Below, in pieces: positions 11,528 to 22,650 of a DNA stretch of 64,000 bases. The stretch is taken from positions 9,858,001 through 9,922,000 of the forward strand of contig NC_134482.1 in NCBI RefSeq assembly GCF_964194025.1. Direction: 5' to 3'. The DNA comes from Convolutriloba macropyga (Eukaryota). The position numbers and the translations under genes were made by a program. The notes under the pieces were generated by a model. The model was given only the letters and a program-made list of their open reading frames with translations. It had not been told where the DNA came from and searched no databases. How positions within the stretch are numbered: position 1 is the stretch's first letter; the number at the start of each line of letters is the position of its first letter.

Positions 11528-14500
11528 AGAGTGCAATACAAACTGGCACTACTTGCAAAGGAGAATATCATCCTCGACACTCTACTTGGACCGAAACCTG
11601 AGATGGTGGATCTCCCGTTGGAACCTATATATGAGGAGACAATGGTTGGCTCATCGGCACAATCGGAAAGAAAAAGAAATGCCCGCAACGCTCAGCATAA
11701 AATGAATTGGCAAAACAAGTGTCAACGACAAATCAAAATCGGCATAATGCATTATGTGTGAAGACAAGCCATGATCGAGAAACAGTCTCTCTTCTCTACT
11801 TCATTATCGGGGTGGAAGGACGCCAGATCCTGAACTGCCGAAACCGGCATATAATGATTGATACATTGTCCACTGCAGAATTTTGGAAAATTGTAGAGGC
11901 TGCTTTCATACGACCTCGGAACATCATATTTGGTCGTCATGTTTCCTTAATAACAACTTCGAAATGAGACTGTCGAGCATTTCTACGGTAAGCTAAAAAA
12001 ATTAGATGAAATTTGCTATATTGAAAATAAGGAGGAAACCCTAATACATGATGTATTCATTACTATTTTAACTGATCCTGAGATCCAAAAAGAACTACTT
12101 AAACAAACAGTAGAATCGCGTCAGGCGCTATACCTGGCCATTAACATGGAACTCGGGATGCGAAACCAACATCAGATTCAACAACACAATAAGAACCTCA
12201 TCCCCGCCAGCGTCAATGCAATTCAATTTCCAAACAACCCCCGATCATCAAAGTGGTCGTTTTCGAACAATTTTCAGAAACCGAACATTCGCTCCTCACT
12301 ATATTGTTCAAATTGCGGTGGGAACTGACTCCCAAATCAGCGGGATAAATGTATTGCGAGAGGTAAAACTTGCAAAAATTGCGGGCTTATGAACCACTTC
12401 GACAAGGTTTGTTGAAAACAAAAAAACGCGAAGCTCTAAAACACATAGAAAAAGAACATGAATACTGTGGATGAAGAGCGGCACACCGAAGATTCGGCGA
12501 ATTTTCTTCAGTCGGTCATATTCTACGGATCCGACTACAGCAGCGGGGTGGACGATACGGTTGCTCTCACCGAGAATGGCAAAGCAAAGATAGAACCTCT
12601 CAACATGCTCATCAAATTTGGTAATTTTTCTACTACACTACTCGTGAACTCCGGGAGCGCATGTAGTATTCTTAATCGATCACTCGCGTCGCAAGTGGTA
12701 AAAAGCAGTCCACACGCCTTCTGGATCCACGAGAAAGTCAGCCCACAACTCAAGAAATTCTCCAATGAACCAATTCACATTGAAGGAAAAATACAGTCCG
12801 CAAATACAAGCAACGGCTGGACCTCAGCCACTTTCACTGTCGTTGTGGAAGGTCTTAAATCTCTAATTGGCAGAGCCCTGTTTGATCAATTAGTTCTAGT
12901 TGTGACACAATCTTCATCACTTAAAGGTAATCTCGTCAACAACTTTTCCTCGTCTTCAGTATAAAAAGAACATATCGCAAAAAAATTTCCTGATCTAATC
13001 TCACGCGTTGGAAGATACAAAAATCACGTGGCTAAACCTAACTTTCACAAAGACTTTCAACCTAGACACCAAAGAGGTAGGAGCATACCCATTAATCTTC
13101 AAGATAAAGTCAATACTGAACTCAAAAAACTTTTAGATGAAAAACACATAAAAAACTTTCTAGTTGCCCCAATCAGTATTTTATATCCCCAATTCTAGTC
13201 ACGGTAAAGAAAGACCAAACAATTAAACTTGCACTAGACTCAAAAATCTTAAATTAAGCCATTCATAAAAACAAATATCAAATGCCCAGTATTGATACAC
13301 TTAATGAATCTATTTCTCAACAAATTAGTGCTCCTGCATCGCAAAACACAACGTATTTTTTACATTAGACTTGAAGTACGCGTATAGTCAATTGAACCTG
13401 GACTCTAATACAGGAAACCGCTGTAACTTTAATATAATTAGTGGCGATATGACAGGCATGTACAGATTTCAAACGGGATTTTTTGGGTTAACAGACATGC
13501 CGGCAGAATTCCAAAAAGCAATGGATTATACTCTTATTGGCCTAGAGAATACTTATTGTTTTCTTGACCATATTTTGATAGTAAAAAGGATCGGAGGAAA
13601 AACATTAACATTACGTCTTGAATTGTCTTAAACGGTTAGATGACGAAAATCTTAGAATAAACCATCCAAAAAGTAATTTCGCTAAATTAGAAATTTATTG
13701 GCTCGGATATCACATTTCACAATCAGGCATCTCGCCCATCGAGAGCAAGACCTCCTCTTTTTTGTATCTCGAAGCCCCAAAGACATTAGAGAAACTCCGT
13801 TCTTTTCCAGGCTTAGTGCACTATATCGTAAACTTATTCCGAACCTAGCTCAAATTAGTCATCCACTGCGTCCGTTGTTGAAAAAGTCATCTAAATTTAT
13901 CTGGACCGATGTGCATGAAAATTGCTTTATCGAATTAGAAACTTCGAATTTCTCGGGCTAGTTTGGTCTATCGAATATCTTAAAAGTAATTTGCATGGCA
14001 AACAGTTCACAGTGATTACAGGTCACAGGGACCTTCTTTCCATTTTGAAGGAAAACCGGTCCAATAAATCGTATAACAGTCGCTTAGCTCGCTGGATTGA
14101 TCGCCTACTTCCATTTCAATTTGATATTGAACCTTTGCTACGGGCAGAAATGGGATTACTGGATTATATTTCACGAGACCCGAATCAAAAAGCTAAAAAA
14201 GTGTCTGCATATGATGTTACACAATTTATTGCAAGCACATGACTTCGCACCACAAATCACACCTAAAATAGAATCTACATCGAAAGCCATTGATTTAATT
14301 TGCACACACGCTGCCCGCGTGCGTGCATTAGTATGATTATGATTTATCCCCTGCGCCGCGAAATCGAGCCCCAATTACAAACTGTAATTTAAACAATTTA
14401 AACTATGCACACCCCGCGTCGCAAATACCACTTAACACTTCACTCGCTAAGCGAAATTCAGTTAAACTTAATCAACCCTTCCAAAATTAGAATGAAAAGT

Positions 14501-16900
14501 GTTTCGCGAAGCTGGATACTTATTCCAATTAGCCTAATTTCCCGCCAATTAAGAGACATTCGAAACATTTCTAAAAGTCACTACCCAAAAATAGAATCAG
14601 TGCTCTTTGCCCAAAATCACTCTCGAGTCGAGTTGCATAAATCTACATCAAATTTTAAATTTTATCCTCTGAACTACCCTGATATTAATCATATCTTTTC
14701 AAATAAAGATAAAAAGCCTTCAAAAAAGCGAATTACAAGAGTTCTACTCACTGGCGCCCCGCGCCCCGCGAAACCAACACCTACTTCCCCAAGTTCAAAC
14801 CACAGCACAAATCAGCCCCCAATTTCTCCAAGTGCTACTCGCACAGCGAAACCCTTATCAACTCAAGCCCCAACTTCACCAGCACCCTCATCGAATATCA
14901 GTACTCCACTCACACCTAGTCTCCAACTTCCTCCTTTTGACAACATAGTAAATAAGGTCGTAAGCAAATCACTGATCGCAGCACTTACTAGCAAAGACGC
15001 CGTTCTAAAAGAGGTGCGCGATTGCATACTCACCAACAACGAAAGTCGCCTAAAAGAACTCAAGCCTTATTTTCATTCATATTGGAGAGACCTCCACGTC
15101 CGAGAAGCTCTAATTGACGATATACACGTAAGCCACCTAGGTAACTGGAGGATGATTTTCATGGCCACGTACTGCTGGTGGCCATAACTGAATCGTAAAC
15201 TTATAGTCAAAGCAACGGAGTGCAAAACTTGCACAAGAATTGGTAAGAACACTAAGTCTGTAATTCCTGCTAAACAGTTTCGACCTCATGTACCGTGGGT
15301 TGAACCGAATCATGAAATTCAAATTGATTTTGGAGTTCCAATTGTCAATGAAAAGGGTAACGAGGTATATTTCTTAGCTGCTATCGATCGCTTTTCTAAA
15401 TATCATACTGCATGTTTTATGAAAAAGCTAATGGACCAATTGTTTTAAAATTTTGTGGACATGTACATTGAAAATCACGGAATCCCCCGATTTATTCGTC
15501 TGGATCAAGCAAAATGTTTGGATGGAAATCAAGTAAAGAACTTCTGCAATAAGACTAATATCGAAAATATTGAAGCTCCGGTAAACGATCATTGTGCTAC
15601 TGGTTTAGTAAAAGGACTAATTCAAAGGATTAAAAGCAGATTGGAATGTATCAAAGAAGAAAAATCGGCTAATAACGCATTTCATGTAAAGTATGCATTA
15701 AAGATTATTATTCACCAGCTGCGGATATGTAAGCAGAAAACGATAAGGATCTCGCCCTTCGAAGCACACTTTGGCCGTAAACCTAATACTCCGCTGAGCG
15801 TAATCTCCACTAAACATAAATTGTCTAATCTCTCATAGAAAAATATTGTAACCCACAATTTAGATGAAGACACAGTCACGCCAGAAGAAATTCTACCGGA
15901 CAATAAGTGGATAAATGGCTACAAGTGCGGCATAGAAGTAGAATTAGGAATGAATCGGGCTACGCGGGAGGCCCATGGAAGAGAAAGAGAGATCACGGAC
16001 GGCGAGTCTCGCTTTTTTCGTTCGGGTTCATGCCGGCCAATTCCGCTCACAGAACGAGCTGTGCAGCTCAAATTGGCCCGAAAAATTCACGGCAAACGAT
16101 GCTCGAAGAATAATCTGTTGTGCCTATACGAGGTTCTTGCTCCAGGCTTCAGTATTTTAAAAGTAAGCACTACAACTTCGGCGATAAAAGAGCCTGGGAA
16201 ACCCATTGTCACTGTGCGAAATATTGACATAGCAAAATTTGGAACTCTTCAATAGAGACAGACCCCATTGAATGTCTATGCTGATCGACGGGGACCACGA
16301 ACGTTTGAGAAGTTGGTGGAGGAACATATCCAAAGCCATATCAAACAATTCACGTGAAATCTCAAGGGTGATAAAAAGATGAAGCACCGCAGGCGGGAAC
16401 CTGGTAGTGGGGTTTCATCTTCGAGATCAAATATCTCACGCGCGATGCGAGGGCGCATTCCAAAGATACCAAAATTCCCGACTATTCCAAACCAACAACA
16501 AGAAGAACATGCTGCCTCGACCAGCGAATTGACACTTCCACCACAGTCAGCATCATCGTCCACTCTACAGCAAATTCTACCAGCAACTTCCAATACGCAA
16601 GGCAAAAGAACATCAGATATGAACCGCCGTAACACTTCATACTACGGTTTCTGCAACAATTCATCCTCGGAATCAGCTATTTAAGCTCCACCAAAGTTCC
16701 CACGCCGAGCGGGAGACATTAAGAATTTCCAGCCTCCATATGCATCGGTGGTGGAGACCGTTCAGAACATTGCAGTTCAACAGCCCAAGGAAGTTAACAT
16801 TTCCCGGGTTATCGGAGAAGTTTCGCCGCCTGCCCCGCGAGTACAACCGATAATCGATCAGGACGCCTCAACATTGGTGCGATCAATGAGTTTTGGAAGC
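11528..16900 (+). pseudogene. gag-pol polyprotein pseudogene (gag, PR, RT, RNaseH, IN, long C-terminal extension)
   Basis: ORF fragments at 11531, 11707, 12146, 12458, 13371, 13618, 13922, 14405, 15455, 15950, 16379. Gag and PR share a frame. Catalytic D->N (PR) and DD->DH (RT) changes. Confidence 0.9.
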
Positions 16901-17128
16901 TGAGAATCAAGAGATGTCAGAGTAATTATCTATTCATCCAAAACTGCATAAACTGTTAAACTCATAAATTTAAAATAATTTTATTTTTAGTTTTGATACC
17001 CAGTACATATACTGTCGCTATTTGTTTAACCGGTGACCAAGTATTAATTTGTAAAAAGTAATACTTTTACTATCTACAAGAAAAATTGCTGATTTTACAA
17101 CTTTTCTTTCGTCGCAACAAGGGGTACG

Positions 17129-17515
17129 TGATACCCGTGTATACTTCATATTTCATTTAATCGCTTGATGCAGTAAAATTTTTTATGATGTATTTATTTT
17201 AGTTCAGTTTATTTGCCCTTCATTAACATTTTGCATTTTGTTCATTTCTTGTCTCGAGTATTTCAGTACATCTTTTCTTGGTTTCCCGCTTCGTGATCAG
17301 ACGCGTCTGATCACACCTTTCTGATTTGCTTACAAGCACTTGGGTTCATACTTTCATTTTCTTAATTCAAAATCAGTTGTTCTTCTCTGGTTGTAACTCG
17401 CACCGCAAGTAAGCGAAGCAAATTAGGTCCAGATCTCGCTCCGCAATTCTCACTTTTGAAAGAAGTAAGCTACCGCGCATCGCAAGTGACTGTTGAATTC
17501 AAATAGTGTACGACA
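17129..17515 (+). repeat. 3' LTR (387 bp)
   Basis: TGATACCCGT...GTGTACGACA, preceded by purine-rich AACAAGGGG (PPT-like); visibly ~10% diverged from the 5' LTR copies. Confidence 0.95.
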
Positions 17516-18817
17516 TTGGCACCAATGACAAAAAGAAACCAAAAACAACAGCGTTAAAAGCCACTTCGCGTGGCATAATAGAAAAATAAATTATGACCGA
17601 TTTTAAAATTATAATTGGCAAATTGCCAGAAATTAGCCGCAATAACGTCGTAGATCTGCAATCTCAAGAATATAGTAAAAGAAACAGACCAAGATAGAAA
17701 ATTTTTTATTGTGTGCTTTGATCTTTTATTTCGATTTAAGTTGAGCAGAGAAACTAAGAAGTATTCTACCTCACCAGAAGACCAATTGAACAATGCCAGT
17801 CCAAACATAAAAACAACATCAAGAGTTGAGAAACCCAAACAATCAAACAAACTAAACAAGAATGATTGCTGGATCTCTTGAAGCTTATAGCCTCAAGGCA
17901 AATTTTGACTCATTTAAATATATCCATTAACCTATGCAGTGGTCAATGGATAAGTTTTACCAAAAATTTCTACTTTCAAGATTTACCAAAAATGCAAAAA
18001 ATCAGTTTTCTTTTGCGCGTTTATCTTTGCAGTACCGAAATAAAATGGTCAGAAATTATATCAGAAAGTATGTCAAAGTAATTATATTATGCAAAAAGCC
18101 ATTAATTTGTGACAAACGTCAGTTCAAGACTAACCAAAAAAAACAAAGTGAAAAAAAAAGAACTAACTGCACCATTTTGGGCTCAAGAACTGGCCATTTA
18201 TCGAAATTAGGCCTTCTGAGCAGCTCTACCACTCTACGCATTTCAGGGAGTACCAAAGGCAGCTTCGGGCATCTAATGAAACAATGCTCACTGGGCCTTA
18301 CCTGTTTATCCAGTTTTGAAATATCTAGACGAACATCGGAATTGAAATAGAAAACGAAACAAGAAATATGACTTGACAGAAATTTTTCAGGTTTCAAAAA
18401 GGTTCCAATTCAGTGTGCAATTTCAGTTAGATGCTAAGCCTATACATAATTCAGCTTCTAAACTGAAAGCTATTCAGCTGTTTAGTAATGTCAGCCAGCA
18501 ATCTCTCTGATGAACTTTGATATCCTAACGCATTATGATTTAATGACCGGGCTTTATCGTTTTATACCGTTTCTTTTGTTTTGCTCTTTTGCCAATGACC
18601 GTACTCAATACGTTGCTTAATTTAATTCGCGAAAGATTTAAAATCCATTCAGTTGGAAGCGTTAATGAGAAAAGTCATCTGTCAAACGTGAAAATTGTGA
18701 TTTATGTAAAACTGAAAACGGGATCAAAAGGTAAGGCGAATTAAAAAAGAGGGAGATCGCCTAAATGATAGCGATGTAGAGACTGGCGGCGGCGTTTAAT
18801 AACGGACAGAAAACGAG

Positions 18818-19282
18818 AACATAGCCAGCATATATGCCGGAAAATAGTCACCGTTGGCGTGCTTGACTCACATTGGGATTGGAACAGAAAAAAAAGAAGA
18901 GATAGAAACTGAGAGTTTCAAGTGTTCTAAATCGGTGTGCAGTTACAAATAGGTCTTAAAAGAATACTTAATTTAGCTTTGAAACTGAAAGCGATTCAGC
19001 TTAATACTAATATCAACTAGCACTGGCTTCAATAAACTTTGATAACCTAACGCACTAAGACTTAATGACGGGGCTTAATCGATTACTCACGTTTCATTTG
19101 TTTTTGCTCTTTTGACTTTTGCCATATTCATTAGATTGCGCAATTAAATTGCGTGGATGAATTTGAAATCCATTCAATTGAAACAGTGAGTAGGTTAAGT
19201 CTAAAGTCAAGCGTGAAAATCGTATTATGTGAAAGAAAAAACGTGATCAAAAGGTAAAGCGAAATAATATCCGTTGGTGGGA
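18818..19282 (-). mobile_element. HINE-like non-autonomous element, family C (degenerate)
   Basis: AACATAGCC hairpin end and CGGCGGCTA subTIR end; homologous to 59431-59962 and 47275-48215. Confidence 0.6.
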
Positions 19283-20387
19283 GGCCTACGGCGGCTACAT
19301 AAAAAGAGTACAATTTTGACTTTTTCACCGTGAATTTAGTCGTTCCCAGCGACTTCAGTAGTTCAACACTCGGCACCTTAAAAACTACTAAAACCATCTG
19401 AGGGCCTCTATTGCAACTTGATAACCGCCGAGCGGTACCTGTTGATCCCATTTTGGAGGCTCAAAGTTATGGAAAATGTGCGAGAACGTCTTACAAACGT
19501 CTTACAAAGTCAGAGCACCAATACAATCAAGACTCTTTGGATTGTGAGAAAAGACAGAGCACCAATACAAGCCATATTCTTCGGACTGTAACATGAGCAC
19601 AATAATAGCCTGATGAAAAGACGAGGGCAGCTATTAATACTTCTTCAAATACCGAACAACTAAAAAATGAGCCCAATGGACGAAAAACGACTGGAAATGG
19701 TTATGCGCAGCCAATCCATCTAAAACACTTTTCAAGTCGAAGAGTCATTCACTGAACGCAGAGCATGGTCAAAAAAACTTCTCGCTCAGAAAAAGCAATT
19801 TTACTCTTTTGCTATTAGATTAAAACGCCGCCTGAACAAAAAGTACTTCCAAAAAAAATCTCAAGAAAGCCAAAACTTCTCTCCGAGTCGTGAAAAAAAA
19901 AGCTCCCCAAATACAATTTAAATTCTGAATTGTAAAACATTGTAGCTGCGAAAGAATGAACCTGCATGCCATATAATAGAGATAGAAACAGATACAGATC
20001 TAAATTGAAAAAAAAACGACGCCGCTCAAAAAAACTAGGTAAAACACATTCAGCGATAAATTAATAAAGATTGTTAAAATGCATTCCACAGAAGCCTCCT
20101 ATTAGGGACCTTTACTGCACAAATGAGTTCCTTTGACCTTAAACAAATTCAAATTAAAATTAAATTTTAAAGTGCAAAAGTCATTTTATTGAGTGAGGTA
20201 AGTCACGTATGATCAAAGTCTAATCACGCAAAAACCAAAAAACTTTTGCTAAAGCGAGTGACAAATGACGTCACGCGCGCAAATGCCGTTGGTGAGAGGA
20301 AGAAGTCATTCAGAAAATTTGACATTTCCAGCTTTGCTGTGTGAACAAATGTAAAACGAAAAAAGAGCGTCAGACGACGAAACAAAA

Positions 20388-22180
20388 AACATAGTCGGAA
20401 GAATTCCGGAAGCGACTCGAAGCCTCAGAACTTCACTAAAAAAACTGTAATTGCAACGGAAGCCACTTACTTTTGTATTAAACCATTAACTCACTACCTC
20501 TCCAGGTCTGCTCTAAAAAATGGTGAAACTTAAACCACTGTCAACAAGAGAAACAAAATGCAGCAAAATTTTATATTATTGAACATGTTTGATAACGTTA
20601 AAAAATCCCAATAATTAAGATGGTCAAAAAGCTGATAGAGTGAAAAAGCTGACAAAGTTATCAATAGCCCTCAAATAATTCATGATTCTGATCTGAAAAA
20701 GATCGCGAAAGCAAACGGCGAATAATAATCTTAGAAACTAAGTTAATCTTTTCAAAAAAGAAAGCTCAAATTTAGGAATCAGTCAGAGAACACCTATGAT
20801 TAAACTTCTAATCACAGCGACTAGGACAAAAAACAACACACACCTGTTCCTTGTTGTACATAATCTAGACAACATGATTTCATACCAAATCAAAAAAAAA
20901 TCTGATAGAAGACATAAGCAGCAGAATATTCAAAAGCAAAAAATCGTTTAAATTAAAACCAAGGCCGGAAGAAAGCTGTAGTAATTAGTCATAAGTGAAA
21001 ATGTTGGAAAAAGCTTGCTATCAAACTCTCTGTGCTGCCTTATGTTGAATGAAATCAATTCCAAACCAAAGAAATGACGAAAATCTAATAAAAAGCTGAA
21101 ATCATTCATTTTTTACAACTGAAAAAATCACTATACCGAAAAAAAAGGTGCCAGGACAAAGCTAGAATGATACTAACTAGAATGTAAATATGGGCAAAAT
21201 GTAAGGAACACCGTAACAAAAAGACGGCTTTTGAAATTTAAAAATCAATTGAAAAAATTCAAGAAAAACGAATACATTTTATTGTTCAGCATTCAAGACA
21301 TAGAAAAGATAACTAGTCATGCGATACAAAGATCTATTCTCCTGAAGAGAACAAAGAATAGGAAAACGCAGAATTCTTAAATACGAACCATTGAAAAATT
21401 TTGCAAAAAAAATTGTCAAAGAACTTTTATGTTAAGACTGCATTAATGAAAATTTTAACTGTTTTTTCAAAACTTAACGCCAAAAAAAGATGATTTTTTT
21501 TGAAACGAAATTAAAGTCCCTCATGTTGCACAAAAAAACAATTTCTAGCAATTACAACCAAAATACAAACGAAAAACTGACGAAAATCGGAAAAAAACTA
21601 CCAAAATCGGATTAGCATATGTACAATTTTAAGAAACAAAATTACATCGAGGTAGAAAGAGGCGTTGAGTATAGGAATTATCAAAGGTAAATTGCCATAT
21701 TAACTGATTTTTGACAAAAAAACGGTTTAAGGATCCAAAAATGAAGAAATTAATATACAAAAAGCCAAAAATTAACTAAAAAATCAATAATTATGTGCCA
21801 TTTTTCAACTTGAAACGCATTTTCAGGCTCTGCAAAACACTGTGGTATCAATTTCCGAGGTTGACATTTCAATATAGTGTCGAACAAAATTTATTTCTAC
21901 AAAAAACCAAATTAAAAGCAAAAAAATTGGGCCACTTAGACGAAAAAACGGCTAAAAACGGTTATCTGTATGTGCAATTCAGTCAAAAACTACTTTTCAA
22001 AGTCAAAAAGTCATTCACTAAACGCAGCGCATGATCAAAGAACTTCTCTCGCATAGCAAAAATCTGTTCACCAAGACAGCTTTTCTCACTTTCGCTTTTA
22101 GATCAAAATGCCGCGTGAACAAATCTACTTCCTGTAAAAAAAAAACCAAGAGAAAACCAATACTCCTCTTCGAGTCGTAA
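20388..22180 (-). mobile_element. ~1.8-kb non-coding HINE-like element, family B
   Basis: Hairpin (T/C)CGGAA-GAA-TTCCGG plus CGACTCGAAG at one end, CTTCGAGTCGTAA at the other; inverted copies at 49699-53172. Confidence 0.8.
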
Positions 22181-22487
22181 AAAAACCAAGAGCACCGCAA
22201 TATAGCTTTGCTCAGCTTACAGCTTCGCAGCTATAAAAAAAAGGAAACAAGAACACCGCAATATAGCTACGCTCAGCTTACAAATTCCAGCTGTAAAGAC
22301 CGTGGATTAAAAACTCTAAGATTTGGCTCGATAGTAATCAAAAACATTCTTATATGGAGAATAAATTTCGAATGGGATGATAGATTGATATAAATTAATT
22401 CTTAAAATTGCATCACTTTTGAATTTAGTTCAAAAATTATGATTAGCTGTAATGAAACTATCACTAGGCAAAGTGTTGTAGTCCAAT

Positions 22488-22650
22488 TTACAGTCTCAAG
22501 TCAACAGTTGTGAGTCCTAAGCTTGGATCCATTTGCACGTGTGGAGATACCATTTCGAGAGGTGGTTCTTTCGCATGATAGTGGAACCCCGTCTGTTTGC
22601 ATTCACCCAGCACGGAAAGGCCAGGAGGTGTGATTGAAAAGGACTGATAC
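22488..22650 (-). CDS. STAMBP: STAMBP-like exon 7 (terminal)
   Basis: tttcag|[10 protein letters not shown]...[15 protein letters not shown]...VDLRL*. Confidence 0.93.

Larger units (their letters stand above)
11149..17515 (+). mobile_element. Ty3/Gypsy LTR retrotransposon (Mag-like), near full length, decayed
   Basis: LTRs at 11149-~11527 and 17129-17515. Internal order: gag (double Cys knuckle CSNCGG...CIARGKTCKNCGLMNHF-KVC), protease (LLVNSGS), RT (LDLKYAYSQL, YRFQTGFFGL, FLDH), RNaseH remnant (VITGHRDL, RLARW), integrase (H..H..YCWWP..C..C; QIDFG; GLV..IQ.IK; SPFEAHFGRKP). Many stops and frameshifts. Confidence 0.95.

Noticed and set aside
16276-16900. Possible env-like third ORF
   Set aside because: No signal peptide or TM segment; it continues the pol frame as a low-complexity tail
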